This document shows positions 17,348-24,656 of a DNA stretch of 24,656 bases, piece by piece. The notes beneath the pieces were generated by a model, which was not told the DNA's origin, did no database searches, and was given only the letters and a program-made list of their open reading frames with translations. The position numbers were made by a program, and so were the translations under genes. Location of the stretch: positions 1-24,656 of the forward strand of contig CAXTKV010000060.1 of assembly GCA_964244895.1 (NCBI GenBank). Direction: 5' to 3'. This DNA is from an uncultured Deinococcales bacterium (lineage in GTDB: Bacteria > Deinococcota > Deinococci > Deinococcales > JAAFIG01). Numbering within the stretch: the first letter of the stretch is position 1; the number at the start of each line of letters is the position of its first letter.

Positions 17348-17665
17348 CTAGCGAGTCGGTTCGAGCGGCACGGTCACGGTTTCCGTTTTGCGCACGAACC
17401 CCTGCTTGCGCGAGAGTTCCTCGAGGTAGCGCTCGTCGGTCGAAGCTTTGGCGCGCCGGGTGGTGAGCTGGTTGACCTCGCGCTCGAGCTGATGAATGCG
17501 CTGACTCGCGTCGGCGGCCTGCTGATTCCAGGCGTGATCCCGGTAGAGCGTCACGACCACCAGCGCCGTCGCGTGCAGCACGCCAATGCCTGCGAGGACG
17601 AGCAAAATTCCGTGTGCGACACGGATTGGATTCGCTGCCCTCACTGCGCGTGGCTTGGTGATCAC
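17348..17665 (-). CDS. Septum formation initiator (FtsB/DivIC-like) protein
   Basis: Short N-terminus, one TM helix, a coiled coil and a C-terminal DERYLEELSRKQGFVRKTE matching the E..AR..G.V...E motif. Confidence 0.75.
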   Translation of the reverse strand: MITKPRAVRAANPIRVAHGILLVLAGIGVLHATALVVVTLYRDHAWNQQAADASQRIHQLEREVNQLTTRRAKASTDERYLEELSRKQGFVRKTETVTVPLEPTR

Positions 17666-17895
17666 GTATTTTCCATATTAGCACGAATTATGCCCTGCAG
17701 CACAACATCTCTGGCCGGGGTTGCCAAACAGGCGCGACAGGGACGGTCTTTTCGGTCGCTCGGATCTGATCGCAGCGTGAATCACGGGTCGGTGTGAAGA
17801 CCACAAAACGGCACTCGAGCCGAAGTCCCTGAAGGTTCGAGGCGCATTTTATCGAGCTATCCGCACCGGTTCTCTCGAGCGTTCTTGAAGGATGG

Positions 17896-17954
17896 ATCGT
17901 CCAGCACGCGATCTTCAAAGATCGCAAAAAGACCGTACCAGACGGTGTTCTTTT
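17896..17954. repeat. Intergenic palindromic repeat family, composite copy abutting the DeoR stop
   Basis: ATCGTCCAGCACGCGATC, then AAAAAGACCGT-accag-ACGGTGTTCTTTT. Confidence 0.8.
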
Positions 17955-18709
17955 CAGGCGCGCGTGATGGTCAGCCCAGCCCGGACGAACGGCGCGATCA
18001 GTTCCTCGGGGACGCCGCGTTCGATCACGATGCCGCTCGCGTCGCTCAGGGGCGCGATCACGTAGGGGGAGGCGGCGTTCAATTTTTCGGACGACGCCAG
18101 CACGATGGTTTCCGCCGCGCTGCCGATCATGGCGCGTTTGACGTGCGCCTCCTCGAGATCGCCGGTGGTGAGTCCAACGTCCTCGCGCACGCCCGTCACG
18201 CCCATGAAGTACGCGTCGGCGCGGATGCGCGAGATGGCTTCGATGGCCGCCGCGCCGACGGCCACCATCGAGTGGCGAAACAAGCGTCCGCCGATCAGTG
18301 TGACCTCGATGCTGGCGTGATGCTCGAGTTCGACCGCGATGCTCGGGCTGTGCGTCACGATGGTCGCCCGCAAGGTTTTGGGCAGGTGCCGCGCGAGTTG
18401 CACGGCGGTCGTGCCGCCGTCCAGAATCGCGATCTGGCCGGGCTGCACCATGCGCGCCGCCGCGCGTCCTATCGCGATCTTGGCGTCCGCGCCGATCTGC
18501 TGGCGCGCCGTCAGATCCGCCACGGCGGGCGAGGCCGGGAGCGCGCCGCCGTGGACGCGCTGCAGCGAGCCCGCTCTGGCGAGTTCTCGCAGGTCGCGGC
18601 GGATCGTGTCTTCGGACAGGCCGAGTTGCTGGCTGAAGCTCTTGGCGACGATCTGCCCGTCGCGCTCGAGCGTCTCGAGGATCAGTTGCTTGCGTTGGCG
18701 GGTCAGCAC
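17954..18709 (-). CDS. DeoR/GlpR-family transcriptional regulator
   Basis: MLTRQRKQLIL, HTH SEDTIRRDLRELA, RVHGGA and sensor domain LDGGTT. GTG 18709 lies 7 nt after TATCAT. Confidence 0.93.
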   Translation of the reverse strand: MLTRQRKQLILETLERDGQIVAKSFSQQLGLSEDTIRRDLRELARAGSLQRVHGGALPASPAVADLTARQQIGADAKIAIGRAAARMVQPGQIAILDGGTTAVQLARHLPKTLRATIVTHSPSIAVELEHHASIEVTLIGGRLFRHSMVAVGAAAIEAISRIRADAYFMGVTGVREDVGLTTGDLEEAHVKRAMIGSAAETIVLASSEKLNAASPYVIAPLSDASGIVIERGVPEELIAPFVRAGLTITRA

Positions 18710-18716
18710 GCTGCCC

Positions 18717-18776
18717 ATGATACGGCTCGGAATTGCACGAAATTTCTTGACATTGCACGAAACTGCTTGATACATT
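18717..18776. promoter_or_regulatory. Divergent promoters with direct-repeat operator
   Basis: Plus strand: TTGACA (18747-18752), 18 nt, TACATT (18771-18776) with an extended TG. Minus-strand -10 TATCAT at 18717-18722. ATTGCACGAAA is repeated at a 20-nt period (18732, 18752). Confidence 0.75.
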
Positions 18777-18834
18777 GACCGCACGAGGCGACGGCGACTC
18801 CAAGCTCGAGTCCCTCCAGAAAGAGGTTCAGACC

Positions 18835-19221
18835 GTGCCAGACGACATTCACACCCAAAAACCGATGATGATCCTGATCGCGGGCCCGTACCGCTCCGGC
18901 ACGAACGACGACCCCGAAAAAATGGCGCACAACCTGGCGCAACTCGAGCAGGCGTCATGGCCGCTTTTTTTGGCCGGACACGTCCCGATGATCGGCGAGT
19001 GGGTGGCCTTACCCGTCTGGCGGACGGCGGGCGGTTCGCGCGTCGGGGACGCGCTCTACGACCAGATCCTGCATCCGACCGCCGGACGTTTGATCCAGTT
19101 GTGCGACGCCGTGCTGCGTCTGGACGGCCAATCCAAGGGCGCCGACAACGACGTGCGCCTGGCTCGAGCGCGAGGTATCCCGGTCTATTTCAGCCTTCAG
19201 GACGTGCCCGGCTGCGCCTGA
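18835..19221 (+). CDS. DUF4406-like protein (nucleoside deoxyribosyltransferase-like fold)
   Basis: MILIAGPYRSGT, GHVPMIGEW and CDAVLRLDGQSKGADNDVRLARARGIPVY. GAGG RBS before GTG 18835. Confidence 0.8.
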   Translation: MPDDIHTQKPMMILIAGPYRSGTNDDPEKMAHNLAQLEQASWPLFLAGHVPMIGEWVALPVWRTAGGSRVGDALYDQILHPTAGRLIQLCDAVLRLDGQSKGADNDVRLARARGIPVYFSLQDVPGCA

Positions 19222-19227
19222 ATCATG

Positions 19228-19265
19228 AAAAAGACCGTCCAGGACGGCGTTCCTTGAATCTCGAG
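19228..19265. repeat. Short-form palindrome between convergent genes
   Basis: AAAAAGACCGT-ccagg-ACGGCGTTCCTTGAATCTCGAG. The tail resembles 23561-23588. Confidence 0.8.
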
Positions 19266-19288
19266 AAACCGCGTGCGGGACGGCTCCC

Positions 19289-20578
19289 TCAGTTTTGGCG
19301 CAGCTCGGCTCGAGCGGGCGTCCCAGCGGTTCCCGACCGATACCGATACACCATCACACCGCCGACCCCGACCAGGCACAACCCGGCGCAGATCAAGAGC
19401 GCCACCCCGACCCCGAAGGCGTGCGCCAGCGCGCTGGTCAGCAAACCACCGATCGGCGTGCTGCCCATGAACAACGTGAAATACAGGCTCGAGACGCGAC
19501 CGCGCAACTCGTCCGGCACGCGCACCTGAATCATCGTCTGGGCGTTGGTGGTGAAGGTCACGCCCGCGAAGCCCAGCACGAACAGCAAGACCGCCGAAAC
19601 CGCGTAATTGCGGCTCATCGCGACCGCCGCCAGCAGCAGGCTGAAGGCCACCGCCGCCACCACCAACCTGGGCAGGCTGACGTTGCGCGCGTAGGCCGTC
19701 ACGAAGGCCGCCAGCAGCGACCCGACGCCCATGCCCGCGCTGATCAGACCGTAGGCCGCCGGGTTATCGGTCAAACCCAGCAGGAACCCGCCGATCAGCG
19801 GCAAGGTCACGCTGAAGTTGTACCCGAACGTGCCGATCGCGCCGACCAGCAGCATCACCACGAAGACCTCCGGCGTGCCGCGCACGTAACGCAAACCCTC
19901 GCGCAAGCGCTCGAGACCAGAAGCTTCGGCTCGAGGTCGGGTCGCTGGGAAACCCGTGCGATCCATCAAGAACAAACCCGTCAGCACCGCCAAGAAACTC
20001 AGCGCGTTCAAGCCGTAAATCGCGCCGATGCCGAGCGGCACGATCAGCACGCCCGCCAGCGCCGGGCCGACGATTCTGGAAGTGTTGAACAGAATCGAGT
20101 TGAGCGCCACCGCGTTCGCCCGCCGTTCGTTCGGCACCAGCGACGCGGAAAAAGATTGCCGCACCGGCTGATCCAGCGCGTTCGCCAGACCGCTCAGGAA
20201 GGCCAGCAGGTACACCTGCCAGAGTTGAATCAGCCCAAAGATGATCAACAGCGCGTAAACGCCCGCCAGCACCAGCGCCAACGATTGCGTCAGCATCAGC
20301 ATCCTGTAGCGGTTGACCCGATCCGCGATCACGCCGCCGACCATGGACAACAGCAGCGCGGGCAAAAATTGCAGCGTGGAAACGATGCCGACCGCGAAGG
20401 CCGAATGGGTCAAGCGCAGGATCAGCAGCGCCTGCGCGGTCGTCTGCATCCAGGTTCCGGTCAGGGACACCAACTGCCCGAACCAGAAGAGCCTGTAGTT
20501 GCGGATCTCCAGCGCCTGAAAACCCCTCCGCGCACCCTCGAGCCAGGGCGTTCGGACGGAATTGGGTGTTGAACGCAC
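19289..20578 (-). CDS. MFS transporter (MFS_3/DHA3-like)
   Basis: RNYRLFWFGQLVSLTGTWMQ, GGVIADRVNR, NAVALNS and VPDELRGRV, with about 12 hydrophobic segments. GGAGG RBS. Confidence 0.93.
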   Translation of the reverse strand: MRSTPNSVRTPWLEGARRGFQALEIRNYRLFWFGQLVSLTGTWMQTTAQALLILRLTHSAFAVGIVSTLQFLPALLLSMVGGVIADRVNRYRMLMLTQSLALVLAGVYALLIIFGLIQLWQVYLLAFLSGLANALDQPVRQSFSASLVPNERRANAVALNSILFNTSRIVGPALAGVLIVPLGIGAIYGLNALSFLAVLTGLFLMDRTGFPATRPRAEASGLERLREGLRYVRGTPEVFVVMLLVGAIGTFGYNFSVTLPLIGGFLLGLTDNPAAYGLISAGMGVGSLLAAFVTAYARNVSLPRLVVAAVAFSLLLAAVAMSRNYAVSAVLLFVLGFAGVTFTTNAQTMIQVRVPDELRGRVSSLYFTLFMGSTPIGGLLTSALAHAFGVGVALLICAGLCLVGVGGVMVYRYRSGTAGTPARAELRQN

Positions 20579-20734
20579 GTCGACCTCCGGTCAGCGCACG
20601 CGTGCCCCGACGAAACCGAGCCTAAAATTGGGCTGTGAAATTCGTGTGAAGGACGGCGCGGATGGCTCGAGACCCGGATAACAGGTTTTCGGAGGGGCGC
20701 GATTCATCGCGCCCGATCTCGAGAACGATTCGAG

Positions 20735-22264
20735 TTACCCCGGTTGGTACTCGCCCCACTCGTGGCGCAGCACACCGCAGACCTCGCCGAGCGTGGCCCT
20801 GGCGCGGAAGGCGTTCAGCACGAAGGGCATCAAATTTTCAGAACCTCTGGAGGCGTTCTGTAAACGCTCGAGCGACGCGGCTGTCGAGCCAGAATCGCGG
20901 TCGGCGCGGAAGGCGCGAAGCTGTTCGACGCGGCGCGCCTCCATTTCGGGGTCGATCTTCTGGATCGGCACGCTGGACTTGGAATCCGTCTGGAAGCTGT
21001 TGACGCCGACCACCGCGCGCTCGCCGCGTTCGATCTCCTGTTGGAAACGGTAGGCGGCCTCCTCGATCTCGCGCTGCACGAAGCCGTTCTCGACGGCGGC
21101 GACCGCACCACCCAACGCCTCGATCTTCGAGACGATCTCGCGGGCGCGGCGCTCGAGCAGGTCGGTTTTTTCCTCGAGCCAGAACGATCCGCCCAACGGA
21201 TCGGGCTCGAGCGTCACGCCGCTCTCGAAGGCCAGCACCTGCTGGGTGCGCAACGCCAGCCGCGCGGAATCCTCGGTCGGCAAGCCGAGTGCCTCGTCGA
21301 AGGCGTTCGTGTGCAAACTCTGCGTTCCGCCTAGCACGGCGGCCAGGGCCTGATACGCGGTGCGCACGATGTTGACTTCGGGTTGCTGCGCGGTCAGGGT
21401 GCTGCCGCCCGTCTGCGTGTGAAAGCGCAGCATCCAGGATTTCGGGTCGGTCGCGCCGAATTCCTCGCGCATCATGCGGGCCCACATCCGTCTGGCGGCG
21501 CGGAACTTCGCGACTTCCTCGAGAATATCGTTGTGGCACGCGAAGAAAAACGACAATCGCGGCGCGAACTGATCGAGTTCCAGGCCGCGCTCCATCGCGG
21601 CGCGCACGTACGCGCGGGCGTTCGCCAGGGTGAACGCGATCTCCTGGGCGGCGGTCGAACCGGCCTCGCGGATGTGGTAGCCGCTGATGCTGATCGTGTT
21701 CCATTTCGGGATGTGCGCCGCGCAGTGCTCGAAGACATCCGTGATCAAACGCATCGATTGCCTGGGTGGGTAAATGTACGTGCCGCGCGCGATGTATTCC
21801 TTCAGGATGTCGTTCTGGACGGTGCCGCCGATCTGATGGCCCGAGATCCCTTTTTCTTCCGCCACCAGCGTGTACAAGGCCAGCAGCATCATGGCGGGCG
21901 CGTTGATCGTCATGCTGGTCGTGACCTGATCCAGTGGAATCGAATCGAACAGCGCGCGCATGTCGTCCACGGTCGCGATGCTGACCCCGACCCGACCGAC
22001 CTCGCCAGCCGCCAGCGCGTCGTCTGGGTCCATGCCCAACTGGGTCGGCAGGTCGAAGGCCACGGACAACCCGGTCGTGCCCTGAGACAGCAGGTAGCGG
22101 TAGCGCTTGTTGGATTCCTCGGCGCTGCCGAAACCCGCGTACTGGCGCATCGTCCAGGGGCGTTCGGTGTACATCCTCTTGTAGACGCCGCGCGTGAACG
22201 GGTACGCGCCCGGTTCTCCCAGGCTGGCTTTGATCGCGGCGACGGTATCGGAATCGTTGGGCAT
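20735..22264 (-). CDS. Methylmalonyl-CoA mutase family, substrate-binding (large) subunit lacking the B12-binding domain
   Basis: [56 protein letters not shown] and GGTQSLHTN. Ends at ATLGEVC..LR..WGEY with no DxHxxG. Confidence 0.95.
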   Translation of the reverse strand: MPNDSDTVAAIKASLGEPGAYPFTRGVYKRMYTERPWTMRQYAGFGSAEESNKRYRYLLSQGTTGLSVAFDLPTQLGMDPDDALAAGEVGRVGVSIATVDDMRALFDSIPLDQVTTSMTINAPAMMLLALYTLVAEEKGISGHQIGGTVQNDILKEYIARGTYIYPPRQSMRLITDVFEHCAAHIPKWNTISISGYHIREAGSTAAQEIAFTLANARAYVRAAMERGLELDQFAPRLSFFFACHNDILEEVAKFRAARRMWARMMREEFGATDPKSWMLRFHTQTGGSTLTAQQPEVNIVRTAYQALAAVLGGTQSLHTNAFDEALGLPTEDSARLALRTQQVLAFESGVTLEPDPLGGSFWLEEKTDLLERRAREIVSKIEALGGAVAAVENGFVQREIEEAAYRFQQEIERGERAVVGVNSFQTDSKSSVPIQKIDPEMEARRVEQLRAFRADRDSGSTAASLERLQNASRGSENLMPFVLNAFRARATLGEVCGVLRHEWGEYQPG

Positions 22265-22450
22265 GGGTTTCCTTCAGCGCGTGGTGCGCGGTTCTCGAGA
22301 CGAACAGTGCTCGAGCTTGAACCTCGAGCCTGTCAAACGGAACCGAAGCTGACGGAATTATAGTCGCGCAGTTCAAGCCAGGTTGAAGACGGAAACCCGA
22401 CGATCAGGGAAGCTCGCGGTCGCGCTTTACCTGAATTGAGGAAGATTCGG

Positions 22451-22456
22451 TACACT
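22451..22456 (+). promoter_or_regulatory. -10 box of a leaderless mltG promoter
   Basis: TACACT, 7 nt, GTG 22464. No SD. Confidence 0.65.
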
Positions 22457-22463
22457 ACCGTTC

Positions 22464-23486
22464 GTGAATCCCGCCGTACCCCAAAGACGACGCCCACCGA
22501 TCCCCGTGTTTCTGGCCGCAATTGCGCTGGTGCTGATCGCGCTGGCCGGGCTGGCGTTCTTTCTGACCTCACCGACCGGTTCCGGGCCGTTCACGCTCGA
22601 GATCAAACGCGGCACCAGCCTTTCGGACGCCGTCAAGCAGATGCAATCGCGCGGACTGATCCGTTCCGCCGACGTCTTCCGGCTGGTGCTGCGCGCCACG
22701 GGCGCGGATCGCAGCCTGAAGGACGGCTACTACGACCTGGACGGCAGGATGGATTACTTCGAGCTGGCCCGAGCCTTGCAGCGCACGCCTCGCTCGCGCG
22801 AGCTCAGAATCACCATCCCAGAAGGCTTCCGCCTCAAGGACATCGCCGCGCGCTTCTCGGCGGCGGGTTGGAGCAGCACCGACCAGCTCCAGTCGGCCTT
22901 TTCCACCAGTTCCCTCTCGAGCTTCGTGCCGCAGGGCAAACCGCTGGAAGGTTTCCTGTTTCCGGCCACCTACAAATTCGTGCCGGAGGCCACCGCCACC
23001 GAAATTGCGCGCATCCTGACCAGGCGGCTCGAGCAGGAAGTCACGCCCGAACGCCGCAAGACCCTGGCCAAGATGGGCCTCTCCGTCTACCAGTGGGTGA
23101 CGCTGGCCAGCGTGGTGCAGGCCGAAGCGGGCCAGGTGTCTGAGATGCCGGTGATCGCCGGCGTGTTCCTGAACCGCCTGAAGATCGGCATGGCGCTCCA
23201 GTCCGACCCGATCATCGCCTACGGGTTGAACAAGCGCCTGCCGGAACTGGATCGCCAGGGCGGGGATTTTGAAAAGGACACGCCGTACAACAGCTACAAG
23301 AATGTCGGTTTGCCACCCACGCCGATCAACAATCCAGGTGCTGCGGCGCTGGACGCCGTGCTGAAGGCGCAGCGCACCGCGCCGAACGGTGACGGGTGGT
23401 TGTACTTCCTGCACGGCAAGGGCGGCGTCTTCAAGCCGAACACGAACTTCAACGCGCACTTGCGGGACACGAATCGGTATCGTTGA
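22464..23486 (+). CDS. mltG: Endolytic transglycosylase MltG (YceG)
   Basis: N-terminal TM, ITIPEG, LEGFLFPATY, LASVVQAE, VFLNRL..GMALQSDP and YNSYKNVGLPPTPINNPG. Confidence 0.95.
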   Translation: MNPAVPQRRRPPIPVFLAAIALVLIALAGLAFFLTSPTGSGPFTLEIKRGTSLSDAVKQMQSRGLIRSADVFRLVLRATGADRSLKDGYYDLDGRMDYFELARALQRTPRSRELRITIPEGFRLKDIAARFSAAGWSSTDQLQSAFSTSSLSSFVPQGKPLEGFLFPATYKFVPEATATEIARILTRRLEQEVTPERRKTLAKMGLSVYQWVTLASVVQAEAGQVSEMPVIAGVFLNRLKIGMALQSDPIIAYGLNKRLPELDRQGGDFEKDTPYNSYKNVGLPPTPINNPGAAALDAVLKAQRTAPNGDGWLYFLHGKGGVFKPNTNFNAHLRDTNRYR

Positions 23487-23522
23487 GGCGTGCCCAAGCC
23501 TGGGTCAAAAGCCCTGTTTTGT

Positions 23523-23589
23523 CGAGAACACCGTGCAGCGCGGTGTTCTTTGAATCGCGTCCTGGACGGTGTTCCTTGAGTATCTCGAG
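23523..23589. repeat. Intergenic palindromic repeat family, composite copy
   Basis: AGAACACCG-tgcagcg-CGGTGTTCT followed by GCGTCCTGGACGGTGTTCCTTGAGTATCTCGAG. Confidence 0.85.
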
Positions 23590-24118
23590 CAAAGCTGAAT
23601 GGCGCACGTGGGCCAAAGGGGTGCGCTCGAGTTTGCCGGACGCCTCCGAATCCGTCTGGCGCCACCTCGAGACGTTCCTGCGCTCGCTCGAACCTCGGGT
23701 CGTTCTGGCGTACCGCGCGTTCAGGGACGAGGTTCGGCTCGAGGCGTTGGCAGCCAGTACGCCCGAGGTGACGTGGCTGACGACGCGCGCGAACTCTGAC
23801 GCGAGCTTGACGCTGCACGCCTTCTCGAGCGCGACCGTCACCAACCGCTTCGGCATCCTCGAGCCGCACGTGGACGCGGCGGAGTTCGATCCGCGCACCG
23901 TTGACGCGGTGCTCGTGCCCGGTCTGGCGTTCGACCTGAACGGCAACAGGCTCGGCTACGGCGCGGGCTATTACGACCGACTGCTCCCGAAACTCCGCCC
24001 CGGCATCCCGATCATCGGCGTGACCCGAGACGCGCTGGTCGTGCCCGAACTGCCCGTTGAACCGCACGATGTGCGAATGGCGCACCTGGTCACGGAATCT
24101 GGCGTGCGCGCCATTTGA
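23576..24118 (+). CDS. ygfA: 5-formyltetrahydrofolate cyclo-ligase
   Basis: SKAEWR, NRFGILEP, DAVLVPGLAFDLNGNRLGYGAGYYDRLL and PVEPHDVRM. The TTG 23576 start is uncertain. Confidence 0.92.
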   Translation: MSISSKAEWRTWAKGVRSSLPDASESVWRHLETFLRSLEPRVVLAYRAFRDEVRLEALAASTPEVTWLTTRANSDASLTLHAFSSATVTNRFGILEPHVDAAEFDPRTVDAVLVPGLAFDLNGNRLGYGAGYYDRLLPKLRPGIPIIGVTRDALVVPELPVEPHDVRMAHLVTESGVRAI

Positions 24119-24149
24119 TCGATTGCGCCCAAGCGTTTAGACTCCGCCC

Positions 24150-24440
24150 GTGCTGAAGTTCCAGGACGCCATCTCGAGCTTCATCGATTCGGTTCTGCCC
24201 GCGGATCATCCCAACCCAGAAATTGCCTTGCTGTACCGCATGATGCGCGATTACCCGGCGCGCGGCGGCAAGATGATCCGATCCAGGCTGTTGGTCGCGT
24301 CGGCGCTCGCGCACGGCGGGAATGTTGAACGCGCCCTGCCGCTGGCGGTCGCGCTCGAGTTGTTCCAGAACTGGATTCTGATCCACGACGACATCGAAGA
24401 CGACTCGGAGGAGCGTCGCGGCAAGCCCGCGCTGCACCGC
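24150..24440 (+). CDS. Polyprenyl (GGPP) synthase, N-terminal part only, absent from the ORF track
   Basis: Hand translation from GTG 24150 (TAGACT 6 nt upstream) gives ...DYPARGGKMIRS...ALELFQNWILIHDDIEDDSEERRGKPALHR, which includes the first Asp-rich motif. Similarity stops at 24440. Confidence 0.9.
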
Positions 24441-24656
24441 TGCAATGATCTCGTTGCCCCATTTCGACCGGTCGAATCCCTTGGGCAGCGAACGCAGACC
24501 GGCAAGCCGCTCCAGGCTGGTCGGCGCATGCGTGGCGATATCGCCGACGGCGTCGTCCTTCAGCACGCGGCTGCGCGGCACGTCGCGGCCCTGCGCCTCC
24601 TGTTCGCGCCAGGCGGCGACCTCCATGAGGACGGCGAGCTCCTTCGGCTTGCGCAC
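24420..24656 (-). CDS. rnd: Ribonuclease D internal fragment (HRDC region), apparently from another organism
   Basis: RKPKELAVLMEVAAWREQEAQGRDVPRSRVLKDDA...LRSLPKGFDRSKWGNEIIAAVQRGLA matches the RNase D HRDC pattern WRE..A...DVPR..VLKD. Confidence 0.8.

Noticed and set aside
22265..22463. Cobalamin riboswitch upstream of the mutase
   Set aside because: I could not find B12-box or other conserved riboswitch elements by eye. An Infernal search would be decisive.
23487..23575. 6S RNA (ssrS) upstream of ygfA
   Set aside because: The gap is only ~90 nt and is occupied by the palindromic repeat, too short for 6S RNA.
3557..23589. Repeats as a CRISPR array
   Set aside because: The copies are dispersed and degenerate, not regularly spaced with unique spacers, and there are no cas genes.
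24090..24656. 188-aa minus-strand ORF as a complete gene or novel fusion
   Set aside because: Only the first ~79 aa are RNase D-like. The rest is the antisense of the prenyltransferase across a probable chimeric junction.

Overview
GC-rich bacterial chromosomal window, most consistent with a Deinococcales (Deinococcota) organism, based on a lineage-type insertion in DnaE, a Deinococcus/Thermus-style GGPP synthase motif and many leaderless -10/start arrangements. Gene content: 5'-truncated dnaE; a circularly permuted ATP-grasp + alpha-E + transglutaminase cluster; aroQ; an orphan Pro-rich membrane protein; an FGGY kinase; a ymdB-like phosphoesterase coupled to ppc; a DAG-kinase-family gene; a small hypothetical; an FtsB/DivIC-like gene; a divergent DeoR regulator / DUF4406-like pair; an MFS transporter; a methylmalonyl-CoA mutase large subunit; mltG; a 5-formyl-THF cyclo-ligase; and the start of a polyprenyl synthase. 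Three signals are not explained by the genes. (1) A REP-like palindromic repeat family (core ACCGT-N5-ACGGT, or paired ACCGTCCAG...CTGGACGGT arms) occupies most of the longer intergenic gaps and one probable coding region. (2) The palindrome CTCGAG is strongly over-represented, about 110 copies by hand count versus roughly 8 expected, which resembles HIP1. (3) The last ~220 bp switch through a 21-nt dual-coding overlap into an antisense RNase D fragment that looks alphaproteobacterial, probably an assembly chimera.
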